Assembly: GCA_973851085.1 (NCBI GenBank) | Contig: OZ316775.1 | Coordinates: 14,818,001-14,882,000 of the forward strand | DNA: 64,000 nt | Source of the DNA: Ptychomitrium polyphyllum | Lineage: Eukaryota | Direction of reading: 5' to 3' | Part shown: piece by piece, positions 1-12,437 of the stretch | How the letters are laid out: the number at the start of each line of letters is the position of its first letter | Numbering within the stretch: position 1 is the first letter of the stretch | Position numbers and translations under genes: made by a program | The notes under the pieces: model-generated | Seen by the model: the letters and a program-made list of their open reading frames with translations, nothing else | Told to the model about the DNA's origin: nothing | Databases searched by the model: none

Positions 1-299
1 TCTGGCACCTCGGTTAGACCCTTCTCTATCATGTATTGCACCCGGGTTTGATCTTCGGATGTTCACCTTTGGATATCGTGGACATGGTCAGGAGTTGAGT
101 TCTGCCTCTTTGATTTGTCACGAACTCCCTTGTTTGCAACTGCCCTCACATCAGACACGCAAAAGTGGTTAGAATATTGAGCTATAATTATAACAGCAGA
201 TGATAATCACGTCGTACGACCAGTAGACCTAAAAATTATCTTTAACAAAAATGATGCAACTTGAACGCAAGGTGAGACTCCTGAAGCGACTCGAAACCT

Positions 300-1650
300 A
301 GAAATGAGGCTGTTGATTGAAAAAACCGTCTCGGCAAGGTCGAGCTGAGCACACCAGATACACGTTGATGGAGAATGCTACAGTACCGAAATTTGTTCCT
401 TGTGTTATTACAGCTTTCCTTACTTATCTTCCAATTAGACGTGCATCTAGTGACTATGTTCTGATTAGTCAATTTCACAGATTCCACACCACCAAACGGG
501 ACATCGACATATAATTGTCCCGTTTGGAAACATGGTGTCAAAAATGGGTGCAGAAATGCGTCAGGAAATGACACATGCGAAGTCTAAGACCTCGTATTGC
601 AACAAAACGGTAAAGGATTGATAGTTCACCTAATGTTGGTGAAGAGCCACTAAGATTGAATGTCTTCATATCTCCACCGTCCCCATGCCACCACTAACAT
701 TTGTGACTTAAACGACTTTTGGGCATCTGGTGCTAACTAATCATCTATTTTGATAATTTTTATTTTGGTTTTGGGTCATGATTAACTTCCCGCTTAAAGT
801 TTTGTAGTATTTTCATTACGGTGAATAAAAATAGAAAAAGATTGGTATTCTTCATAAAAACTTTCTTCCTATAAGCAGAAAATGTTATTCTGTTCATAGC
901 TCTACTAGAAATAGCGTATACAAAACATTCTACCTCAGAGTTTTTATTATAGTACACACAAGTAAGTATCTGCTGAAGGTTTTATGCTAGTAGAAAATCC
1001 ATTTCTCGGAAACATCACCTAATCAAACCAAGGACGCAGATAACTCACCAACGTTTCATGCCTGGATGGTCTCACAGCACTACGAGTGAAATGTTGGTCA
1101 CAAATTATAAGGTGAGATGAGCACCTCAACGAGCATGGCATGGTCTCCAGACTGAAACATTGAGGAGAGTTTCTTTGGAAATACTCAGCACCTATGATAT
1201 TGTCATCCAGTTCTGCCCGTGCCATTGATATAAAATTCTGCAACTATGAATATCAGTGCCTATTCGCATTGAACCCTAAAGAAAACCACTAGAAGCTACC
1301 ATATTGGAATATGGCAATCTTCCTAATTACAGTTCCCTGATCTCACTACTACCAATTTAACAGAGGACAAGAAATAGAGAGCTATGGTCACCATGCACAG
1401 ACGGTCCACCGCGCACCGTAAGACAAAAGCTCACAAATCTAACGCATCTCACAGCCACCAAATAGAGTAGTTAATTATGATGTCTCAGTTTGGAATCATG
1501 TAGGTTTCCAGTTCTATCTCGCCCTGCGAGACTGTTGTCCTAGACTGTAATGCAGGTAACTAGCTAACAGTTTGAGCTCTATCTGCAGCTCTTCAGGCCT
1601 CAGCTTGCTGATGAGTAAGTTTCTTTCTGAAATGAAGTATGTGATTTCCA
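300..1650 (-). pseudogene. Probable decayed F-box/kelch-like gene (boundaries approximate)
   Basis: Minus-strand fragments follow the usual F-box/kelch order. ISKLRPEELQIE..LASYL..RAR*NWK (~1510-1610) resembles the WSKLKPQELIEHVFARLP relic at 58.3 kb. LIICDQHFTRS (VCNPLT-like, ~1080-1110) and EVECFVYAISSRAM (EVYDS-like, ~895-935) follow. The region is interrupted by stops and frameshifts. Confidence 0.4.
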
Positions 1651-1775
1651 TAAGTTGGAGTTGGTATTGAGAGGGCCATGCTCCACTGATGCCTCGACCA
1701 TAGATTACATTGCGTGCTTGAATGTTGAAGCATGTGCCAATCAAAGAGTTCTGAGCTGTTCTCTTTTAATATCTC

Positions 1776-1906
1776 CTTTCCTTTTCCTTTTCCTTTTCCT
1801 TTTCCTTTTCCTTTTTCTTTTTCTTTTTCTTTTCCTGTTTCTTTTTCTTTTCATGATTCTTTTTCTTTTCATGTCTCTTTTTCTTTTCCTGTTTCTTTTT
1901 CTTTTT
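1776..1906. repeat. Pyrimidine-rich hexanucleotide microsatellite, (CCTTTT)n/(CTTTTT)n, imperfect
   Basis: Directly visible tandem run; it produces the spurious FLFLFL ORF at 1655-1930. Confidence 0.95.
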
Positions 1907-4599
1907 AAGGCTTCTATTGTGGAAACATAACGAGAATCACTTCACAGGATTGTTGTGACAGGATATCAGCTCTCACTATGAGAACAGTTCAACAGTCACC
2001 CACAACAACCATGGCAACTATAGTATAAAATTTTGTTCTCAGTCAAGCAGCGGCTGTCCAAATCCACCAGAATCTAGTTGCAACTTGCATTTAGGATTCT
2101 TTAGCATTACTCCATTCTATCTTTCTATGCTGGTAGTCATTTACGAATAGTCATTTACGATTCTTTGATTTATTTGAATATGTCCTTTGGATACTTGTAG
2201 TCATTTAGAATTCTTTAGCTTTACTCCCATCCAATTTTTTTTTATACCAATAGTTTTTTCTAATGAATCCTTGGATACTTGTATAGGTATTTGGAATTCA
2301 TTAGTTTTATTACGGTCTATCTTTGTATTCCAATTGTCATATGAAATTGTCCATCTTGCTCCAAACCATTCTATTATAGTAGTAGGTGCTAAAGCCATCC
2401 ATCTTTTCATCAAAATAAAGAAAATTTATAACATCATTCATGATTTTTTTGTATTCATTTAACCATCAATAAATCTCTCAAAATTATTCTATTATCAAAC
2501 ATGAATAATTTACAATTTATATGAAGGTAGAAAGATTAAATTTTGAATTGCTATGGATTGTTGTGGAACTTATATCAATTCTTTGATTTCAAAGGACCTT
2601 TCTTACCTGTACTTTTCTTAATTCAAAAAAATTGCTTGACTTTTTTTTTAAATTTATTTCTTTCTTGCAGTGCAATTTTAATCTTATTAGGACATTTTGT
2701 TGCCTTGTTTTATTAAGTTAAGTACAATTTCTTGGTGTTTCTTCTTCTCTATTCTTTTATAATAAGACACATGTATCTATTTTCCACCATTGATCTAATA
2801 TGGAATTAAAAAAATCACATGATATGTTTTTTATATTTGTAAATTAAATAAAATGTGATATATTGTAGTACAAATCTAATACAAATAACAACAATGTTCT
2901 TTTTTGTGGTGGCTAAAGGTTTTGTAAGAAAATCATAAGAAAGTTGTTTATTGAAGGTGCTTGTAAATTTTGCCTTATAAAAATATGCTTCCATACTAGA
3001 TATGCCCCTTGTATTTCTTTTATAGCATCCATTAAAGAACCAAAGAAATAATTGTTGAAAAATTATAATGGAACATTTGTATATGGAAGCCTAATATAAG
3101 AAAGGTCCTTTGAGGGTTAAGATAGAAATGCAATGTATAAGAAAAGCCTATATAAATGAAATAGACTATATTCTTTGAATGTGAAAAATTAAGAGATGTC
3201 ATAAAACTTAAATTTCAATAGTTCAAGCAACTCATTTTGTTTTAATAAATGTCCTTCTTTGAATCTCTCTTCATTACAAAACCTTTATCAAAAATATTTC
3301 ATCACATTATTATTCTATCCAATAATTGAATTTGGTATAGTTGGTATATATTTATCTAAAATTACACATATAGAAGTATGTGAAAATTCGACCATTCTAA
3401 ATTTTCTTTGATTTTAGTTGAAAAATGGCTTTGCAAAAAAAAAATATTATAAATTTAGACATAACAAAAATTTAAAAAAAAAAATCACATCAAAAGATTT
3501 CATCTTATTTCTAAGGTAAAATCTATTGAAAAGAATTTAGCAAAACTTCAAATTTATTGCATTCACCAAAGCACTATTAATAAGTAATTTTTAATAGTAT
3601 AGTCACTAATGTAGTAGTTTTTTTAATTGTTATTTTACTCTATAAGTACCTCTCATTATTGATAATTATTATTTTTTGCAACTTTCATCCTTAATTAATG
3701 TTACCTACATAAATGGGATTTTTAAAAAGCTGACCCGCTTTATTTGTTATATGCTATACCTCTTTAAATGTTAATTTTTTGCACTCCAAAAGTCTAACAT
3801 TTATGGAGGGTTGAGTGTATCTTACATAAAATGGAATCAAAGCATTGTATACTTCAAAGTGTACTTCAGCAAAGCATTGTCTGAAAAATTAGTGCCACTA
3901 AATTACCCTGATATTTGTTGTTACCCAATTTTGTGGCATTAACAAGCATTGGTTTCAAAAAGGAAGGTAGTTTGGCAAGTTCATATGCCTCTGATTCTTC
4001 AGTCTGCAATATCAATATGAGTCACAAAAATATTATCAAGGAAAGATGAAATGCAAGCCTAAGCAAAACAAGTCTTGTGTTTATGTCTCCACCAATATCT
4101 CAAATCTAATCTTTCAACATTAAAAGGCCCTGTAAGGGCTGTAGCTATAAAGTCCAAAGTCCTTAATTTTTAAATCCAAAACTCAACTACTTCATGAAGA
4201 CAAGGCAGTGAATCTTGGAACTTGCTGAGGCTGCTTTCGCAATGAGGTCCTAAATCATTTTGCATTGGGAATAGAAATCCTACATATTATTTATAAGAAT
4301 CAATGGAGTTATAAATGTTCTTATCAACAATTTCCTTCCAAGGAGACCTCGAGACATTTTTGGTATCAAAGACGTCCTGGGGGAACGGCAAGGCAACTAG
4401 CAATTCTACTTTCCATGCCTACATGCCTATGGGCACCAACCATAGTGAAAGTAGGAATTTGACAGTCATGAGCCTGCAAACTCCTTCAACCATGGGTTTG
4501 TGGTTGTGAATGGAAGTACTACCTACGATTAAGTGCAAAATAAGCTTTTCAAGTGATCGAACTTAGAAAACGTGGATGTCAAAGAAGCATTGATGAAGA

Positions 4600-5570
4600 G
4601 CAGAGATGAATCTCGTCTAGTTTGCACTCCGACGGCCACGCAGAGGACATATTGCAATAGAATCCTTCTTGAATGTTCCTCAGATTGAACAGAAGTGTTC
4701 CAATTATCTGCTCCAAAAAGTCCTAGGCATGCTGGTATCTCGACAATCAGCAGCATCTTGACTTGGAAGCATGCGGCAGAGTAAGACAGACATCAAAACA
4801 GCAGAGTATGACAGATCTGAATAAGTTTTGTCCTTGATAAATCGCACCAAGTTCTGCTGAGACAAACTCCAAGTCATTATCCACTGTTTATCTAGAGTAT
4901 TGTAATTATGTTTTTAATACTGTCCCAAACATGTATGAGAAAGTCAAGAGAAGAGCGCAAAATCGTATCTGTGGAAAATAGCAAGTAAATGTAGCAAAAA
5001 ATGTTAATATTCAACATATTATATCCTGAGAACACTCCTAGAGCAGAATGGGAAGCTAGAGACGGAGCACAGGGGGAAACTCTTGATTCCTTGCCGCCTT
5101 GGTCAAGAATTAGAGCAGCCGATTGAGATCTAAAAGAACTTCTGCCTTCCTCCCTCGCAAATCCTAATCTGACGATGCTATCCCATGTGAATAACATCAT
5201 GGTTAACGAACTCCGGTCCCCATATCCTCTATGACCATCTCTTGGCTTTGAGCCCACTTGATGGCCACGTTGATCCGATTCAATGCCCATTGCTTTGAAA
5301 CAAGAAGATTCAAGAGCCCGGTTCCATGATCCTTGTCTGCTATAGCGCCTGTTTCGATGTTTACAAAGACCCAACTACTGGCTGTATGAGCATCGTAGTT
5401 CAACGAAAAGACATCTGTGGAACTGAGACCAGTCTTTTCAAAAAAACTAGGAGATTATCAAATACGCCTCCATTTCAATCACTTAGACATCTTAACTTTT
5501 GTAGCACCAGCTTCAGAAATTAACCTGCTCTCCTTATAAACGATCTCTTAGAAGTTCACTCCATAATTGA
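4600..5570 (-). pseudogene. Possible heavily decayed F-box gene relic
   Basis: Minus-strand fragments LWSELLRDRL (~5535-5565), KLRCLS (~5480-5500), NYDAHTASSW and HGTGLL are in the order expected for F-box/kelch proteins. There are many disruptions and the similarity is weak. Confidence 0.25.
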
Positions 5571-5873
5571 CTACTTGTTCCCTTCCTTCCAATAAGCTAT
5601 CGAAGCTCCCTAAAACCCTAATGTTGCTACAAAAATTTCTACCTGTTTTGTTTTCAGCAATTGTAAACCTTCTGCCTCCAAGTTCAGAAATTGAAACAGG
5701 GCCTGCATAACTGACCTATCTCGTACACAGCTTCTGTAGTGTACCATAAATAAGAGTACCCACAGCTGAGGTAGCATAAAATGTGGTCCATGAACTGCAA
5801 TTACGTTTTCTAAAATGCCCCATTGCTACTCTGACTGCACTAAGTTTCTAAACCCTAAAGCATGAACACAAAA

Positions 5874-6554
5874 TCATTTCTTTCTCTCTATCTTCCATTT
5901 ATACACAGGCATGTCTGAAGGGTTTTCCAATTCGTTAGGCCGGAGCTTTCTTTTCCTGCCCTTCCCACTCAACTGCCTCTGCAACTCGACCGCAGAAGCC
6001 ATATCCTTCAGCTTCCCCGCCCTCTCAGTCCGCTCCTGCATCTCCTTGCTCACCTTCTTCCTCACCCTAGGCACTTGAAGCGGCTCCGCCGGCCGGCTCA
6101 CCACCCTCTTCCGCGTATTCTCAACTTCATCACCATCCTCCACAAAAAACACATGCTTATTGGTATTCGCACTCACAGGCAGACTCGACAACCTCAATCT
6201 CTCCACCTTCTTCAGCTCACTCTGCGCCTTGCTCATCAAATACCCCACATCCTGAGACCTCAGCAACTTCAACTCCTCCTCCGTGTACGCCTTCGCACCA
6301 GTGTCCCCGCGGTGAACTCCCTTCACGTTCTGGGAGTTCACCATCTTAAAGTAGAACTCATCGGGATTCCGATTGGCCGCCTTCTCCCGCAGCTTCTGCA
6401 GGTTCTGCTCCTTCTTGTGGAAGTCCTTCGCACGCAGGACATAGTCCTTGTGCTTCTCGAGCAGCCCGAACCGCGAGCGGAAGCCCGGCTGCGAGCGCTC
6501 CTTGTGCGCACGCCCACCCGCCGCAGCCTTGCTCGCTTTCCGCAACGAAGACAT
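5874..6554 (-). CDS. UTP11: U3 snoRNA-associated protein 11 (SSU processome), intronless CDS, 226 aa
   Basis: MSSLRK...RAHKERSQP..R.RFGLLEKHKDYVLRAKDFHKK..L.KLREKAANRNPDEFYFKM and C-terminal VYKWKIERKK are hallmark Utp11 motifs. ATG at 6554, TGA at 5874-5876. Confidence 0.96.
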   Translation of the reverse strand: MSSLRKASKAAAGGRAHKERSQPGFRSRFGLLEKHKDYVLRAKDFHKKEQNLQKLREKAANRNPDEFYFKMVNSQNVKGVHRGDTGAKAYTEEELKLLRSQDVGYLMSKAQSELKKVERLRLSSLPVSANTNKHVFFVEDGDEVENTRKRVVSRPAEPLQVPRVRKKVSKEMQERTERAGKLKDMASAVELQRQLSGKGRKRKLRPNELENPSDMPVYKWKIERKK

Positions 6555-8340
6555 CCTTTCCAATAAACTAAATTTCAATCTCTGGAAGTGAAATCACAAT
6601 CCTTGCCTCATCAATCGTCTTCGCAGAGCTTGCAAACAATGTGAGCAATGAGGAAAGGATGCGCGAGTTGTGCGTTCTCTTGTCCGATTGCTCATCTCTG
6701 TTCCGCCATCTCCAGCAATACCCTAAACCATCGGATTTGAAGATGAGATACCCGGATCGTCGAAATATATTCGGACTGTCGAACTATACCCGGATCGTTA
6801 GTCGATACTCTTGGAATGGCTACTGAGTGCGGTATGGGTATCTCGAACTGACCTTGGGGTTGTCTTTGGTTCGGATTCTTTAAAAGAAGAGCAGAGTTCT
6901 CTTCACTAATAAGGTTTTTAGCACACTAGATTTGACAAGATGAAAGTACAATAGATTAAACTCTTTTGTTTTGTTTATTTTTTTTGAGAAAATGAAATGT
7001 TTCTTTACTGCTTTCAAAATTTTCGCTTGTAATGTCATGGTGTAAATTTTGCTCCTACCTCTTTTAAAATATACAATTTATTTATCAATATATGCAATTG
7101 AAAGTTTAAAGTTTGTAAAAGAAGTGAAATTAAGGTGGTACCAAGTAAAATATGTAGACTTGTGGTTTGTGCAAGTGAAATGAAAGTGAATTTAAAATAT
7201 AGATAGTAGAGCTAAGATAATTTTTAAAGAATAAAAGATATATGTGAACAAAAATTAAAATAGTAGACTTTTGAAATTAAATTTTGGAAGCGTCAAAAAG
7301 TAACTAAAATGAAAAGATGGAACTTAAATATATGAATAACCTTAATACATTGGAATTGAATAATTATTTTGTATATTAAATGATAAAGATATGTTCTAAT
7401 CTTAAATTCAAAAAAATGTACATTTATATTTTACTTTTTCAAAAATTTTGGATTAATCATCTATATTTTGATTTTGAAAAGCGTTCATATAATTGCTCAT
7501 CTGATTGTACTTGCACCTACTAATAACATCATATATAAAATCTTTTTTAAAAATGCTTTTTTAATTTAAATACAAAAATTAAGATGTTGGTATTATTTGT
7601 ATATAAAGATATTAGTAAACATAGTTGATAATAATGTTTAGCTTGCATTGAAAATCATAAGATTTTTCTATCAATTAATTTAAGTGATAGAATTGATTAA
7701 AAAGAGATTAGATTTATCCATGTAAATTATTAATTATCCAAAATAATTAAATTCTAAAATTATTTTTCAAGTACCATCCAAGAGAAACTATAACATCTTT
7801 GCCTATTTTGTAGTTATTTTTAAAACACTTATTTTAATATTTAAGAAATTTATTTTAGCAAAATGGTAGAAAAAATAACAATTCTTTAGCATTTTTTCTA
7901 GCCTAATATCCAAATATCAAAGGATAGAAGTATATAAGCTCAAAAACCTTTTGAACGTTTTATTTATTGTTTAAACTAGCCTACTACAACAAAGTTGAGA
8001 CATACATTTGCTTAATGCATTTATAATAGATTTGAAGTATAATACATAATTATTTGTAATTCATTTGATACAAATGTCTTTTTAATTTTATATAGACGGT
8101 TTAGTTGTGAAATAACAAGCTACACAATGGTTTAAGAAATAGAATGAAACATCCAAATTCCTTCGTTGGCCTGCTTTACTTTGGTCCTTGTATATTTTCC
8201 ATTTTTTCATTTTATATTTTTTTTAATGAGGTTTAGAAATAATCATAAAAGATTTAAATTATGGTTTTTTTCTTACCAAATTTTTCATTTGATTTGATAA
8301 AAATGAACTTATCATTATATTCTTTAGCAGCTAAAAGAAT

Positions 8341-8744
8341 TATTACGGACAAAATAACGACAAGACAAGGCTTCAAAATTTTAGAATATGGAACAAGATA
8401 TGTCTAAAGTATATTAGAAGTAAAGTGGTACAACAAAAAACAAAAATAGGGCCAAAAGGTATGAGCTAGACCACAATAATTGCTTTGTAAGAGACTGAGG
8501 ATTTTGTCAACCTCTACATTTATATATACTAGGATTACAAGCCTTAGAAGCTTTTTAAGAAGCTTGTACAACATTGCTTTGTACTCAAGCAACCTTATAG
8601 TTGCTTCCTTAAAAGCTTCCTTAATCAAAGTAACTTCTTTGGAAGCTTCTTAATTTCAAGGCAACTTCTTAAAAAGCTTCTTTAGCCTTTTTAAACCTTC
8701 TAAGAACCTTTCTAAATGCTTCTAATATATATATGACCGTGACA
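8341..8744 (-). mobile_element. Solo LTR, family B (Ty3/gypsy-type), ~404 bp
   Basis: Minus-strand termini TGTCACGG...TCCGTAATA. Flanks AGAAT/ATAAT form a 4/5 TSD. It is colinear with the copy at 40956-41346 and has an internal TATA box and GGAAGCTTC repeats. Confidence 0.8.
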
Positions 8745-11700
8745 ATAATTCACTTTTGCATTGGATTATAAAAAGATAACAATAAAAGAGAATGAATGTT
8801 TATAACAACAACAAATGCTTGTGATTGTCATAATTTTGAAATGAATCTAATGGATGGGCTTAAGCTTCAATTGAATTCTCTAGTTACATCTAAAATGTAT
8901 CTTTGAAGATGAGATTATATTTTTGAAAATGAAAAGATACCTTTAGAAGATGGAATTTAAAGAAGTCTTGAAAACTACCATGGTAGAGATTTTTATATAT
9001 TTAGATATTTTAATCTAACAATTTGAAAGGTATTTTGAAAGAGTTCCAAAAACATAATTTATTTGCATATAAATTTTGAGTTTCATTCACATTTTTTTTT
9101 GAAGTAGATTTTGAAGGTAGCTGTATTGTAAATCATTTGCCAATTAAATCTAATTTGTTACTCTAACGTCGAATGAAAAAAGTAAATTCTTGTGAGTTAA
9201 TCATTATACCAAAGAATATACCTATATAATACACATCACTATTGAAAAACATTTGATTTTCTTATACAAATCGACATAATGTTCTTCATCCTAGGGATGC
9301 TCGATTAGAAAAAAGTCCAAAACATTTACAAAGTAACTAAATACTGCATATCCTAACTAGGTGATACGCAAGACAATCCGGGTGGTACTTTCGTAATACC
9401 TTCAAGTGGAGATACTCCGGTGGTTACCCTGGATCCAATTACTGCCAGTAAAGTTTATTTCACTGGCAAGTGTGAAAGACTCCTTAACCCTACAAGTGAA
9501 GAATCTCATGTGCCATCATGATCAATTGACTATTACCATGGTTCCCAGAAGTCTTGAAAGTCTAGAATGCCTTTATTTTCTATCCTCTGGATCTCTGATG
9601 CGACCAAAGTTGTTTGTCACTCAACTCATTTATTCCTCAAGGAAAAGAAACTGCAATTACTGTAATTCATAGGGAATGACAGATGAGAAAGGGAGAAAAT
9701 GACAGCATATATTGTATTGTATCGACATTGTCCAGGCAAGGCTATCAGAGTCAACCACCCTCAGAAGATAGACTAACTCTATTGCTGAACCACCAAGGCA
9801 TCCCATTTTCAACAATCCTGATCTCAAAAGAAACCGCCATGTTCCAGTGCCGGCCTCCAAGGAACCCCAAAGTCGCAGCAAGATATTCTCCCTCTGTTGT
9901 GGCAATGTCCAGTACCCTCCAAATGTCACACCTTGTTTACATCATCAAAGGGATTAGAAATGAATGTCCTCCATTGAAAACCACCTCTGTGTTTTCATTG
10001 TCACTCTCAACAACATCACTTTCCATTCATAAAAGAAAACATCAGATTGTGACAGTAGCAAGGGATGCAATGTGAATGGGAACATTTGTTAAGGTTATAG
10101 TATGTAGTGTATGTAGAAGGAGCTTGGTTCTTCTAGTTGCACCTTTCTACTCCCAAACTCTTCCTGATAATGCTACATAGTTTTTACATTTTTTTTTATT
10201 ACAAGCATTATGTTGTAAGTCAAGATGCATATGTTGTAAAAAAATTAATCATCAAACTATAATTCTAAACTTGATAATATTTCTTTTGCACCATATATGT
10301 AATATCATTAAAATTGTTACTATTCAATATTATTACATTTTTGGATCCAATGAAGGATGTAATAATGTCAAGGATAGATTGTTCCACCTAACTCCCGGTA
10401 AAGTGCTATATCCATTACCATTGAATGCTACTTATTTGAGTTGCTATCACCTTGTTTCAACTTCCATTTAATTAAGCATTGTAGAAATCACCTTATAGAG
10501 ATTCTCTTGAAATACATCTTTCGATGCCAAATTCATTTCTATCCACAATTGGTTCGTATTTTTAAACCAATTTCATTTCTATACTCAATCTTTCACTTAC
10601 TTCCATATTTTTTCTAAAAAATTGAGGTTAATTTTTTTATTAAGCATTTAAGCTTTATTAATCTAAATCGTTGCTTTTAAAACCTTTTTGCATTGCTGCA
10701 ATGCACTAATGCACATCTTCTATCAAATTCAAATGGTATTAATAATATTCAAATGCTCCTTTATAATCTCTTTCATCAATTTTTGTAGTTGTACATTTGG
10801 TAGGAAGAAAATTACCAATGTTAATTAAAATCTAGTACTTATAGTCCATTAATAATGGAGTTATCACAAATAATATTGTAGTATAAATACAAAACTACTA
10901 CAATGCTTCAAGTACCCAAATAACAACATTTTAATTTTTGAAGGAGATGGTTTATTAAAAAATTTGAAACTATCTTCCCTTTCCAAATTGCAAATAGTCT
11001 CACTTAAACTACTTTATAGGCGCTAATATTAAATTTAAAGATCACAATAGTTTCACATAAAAATTAAGTAGGATTTGCAAGACTTTTTGGAGGATATAGT
11101 GCTAGACAAAAAGAAAGGAAATTCTACAATTCTTCACTTATAAAAATAAGTCTCAAATTCACTACATGAATTCAACAGTCATCAAATTTTGCATACACCA
11201 CTACTTGCATATGAAGTGAAGATGACCGAATGTTGACATAATGGCAATTTAGAAACTCTTGACACGTATATTCATATTAGTTCAATAGAAACTTCAATGA
11301 ATCCATTTTTGGTAGAAGGTAAAATTTGTATTGAATAAAAATATGGTGATTCAAAAAGTACACACTAATACCATACCTTCAAAAGATTGAAATTCATAAT
11401 TAGCCTGCAGAATCAAATTAAGTGACTACAAGGCTAATCTCAGAAATTAAATTATTATGTCTTCAAGTTTTCAAATTTCATATAACTACTTGTGAATCGG
11501 TTCATAATTGTTTTGCTGCCTAAGGAATTTTCCTCAAATCAGATCAAAGTAAAGGTTAGTGTAGAGCTTATTCTTAGATTAGATTATGCTTATTCTTAAA
11601 TTAGAAAGTGCTTCTACTATGGTAGTCATTCTCGCAGTACATTTGATAACTAGTGACACCTATGCAAGTCAATAGTCTGTTGACAATCAAGAAATTTCAA

Positions 11701-12437
11701 GCAAATTATTTCTTTCAGGAACGTGTCAAGTTGAGGACATGCATAACAATCCTCATCAACAAAACAACGAAAAATTCAACCAGGTGGCCACCTCCAAGTC
11801 AGCTTCTTGATTATCAGCAATAAAGCAGAGTCCTCCTCCCAGCTGGCACCCCACTATCACATAAACAGAATATAAAATGCAGATTGTTAGAAAGAGCTCA
11901 GAATCTTCATACCTCGGCTAGCCTGGATGCCCGTAGTCCACTGTGCCCACGAAGAGGCCGCGGTGAAGATTAAACAAGGGCGGCCGAGCCCTCAGTCCAC
12001 CACAACACGGCTTCACTGGTCACCTGCTCGCCTCGTCTCACTGATGCTCATTGACGATGTGGTACTCGTGCGATGCTCGTGGGCTATTCTTGTGATACTT
12101 GCATGATACTTGCGTGATATTCTGGAGGGTATTTGGTGAAGCTGGGAAGCGTCTAGCACGGGCTTATAACCTCGGGGATTCTCTTCTCAGTCTCACAAAA
12201 CAAACGACGACACAGTGGGAGAGAGTGACCGCCGAAGTTCAAGTCCATCTCTTCGAAGAAACTGTGCAAACAAGTGCAATTGTGAACTCCTTTTGAGCTT
12301 TTCGTGAAGGACTTTCTGAATCTCGCGGATATGGCTTTGTAACTATCGAGTTTAGAGCGGTTGAAGGGAGCAGGAGAAGGTTGGCCGGAGAAGGTAGACT
12401 TACGTTTTGTGGATTTGAAGTAGAGTAGGTGGTTAGG

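Noticed and set aside
1655..1930. 91-aa ORF with FLFLFL repeat
   Set aside because: It is the translation of the hexanucleotide microsatellite, not a credible protein.
6075..6566. 163-aa antisense ORF over UTP11 (likewise 27045-27878 over CCT8 and those over the PUB gene)
   Set aside because: These are shadow ORFs caused by GC-rich codon usage on the real coding strand.
9683..10075. ORFs near 9.4-10.1 kb, including a minus-strand ATTEGEYLAA peptide resembling Copia RNase H (STTEAEY)
   Set aside because: A single short motif with no supporting RT or RH context; could be chance.
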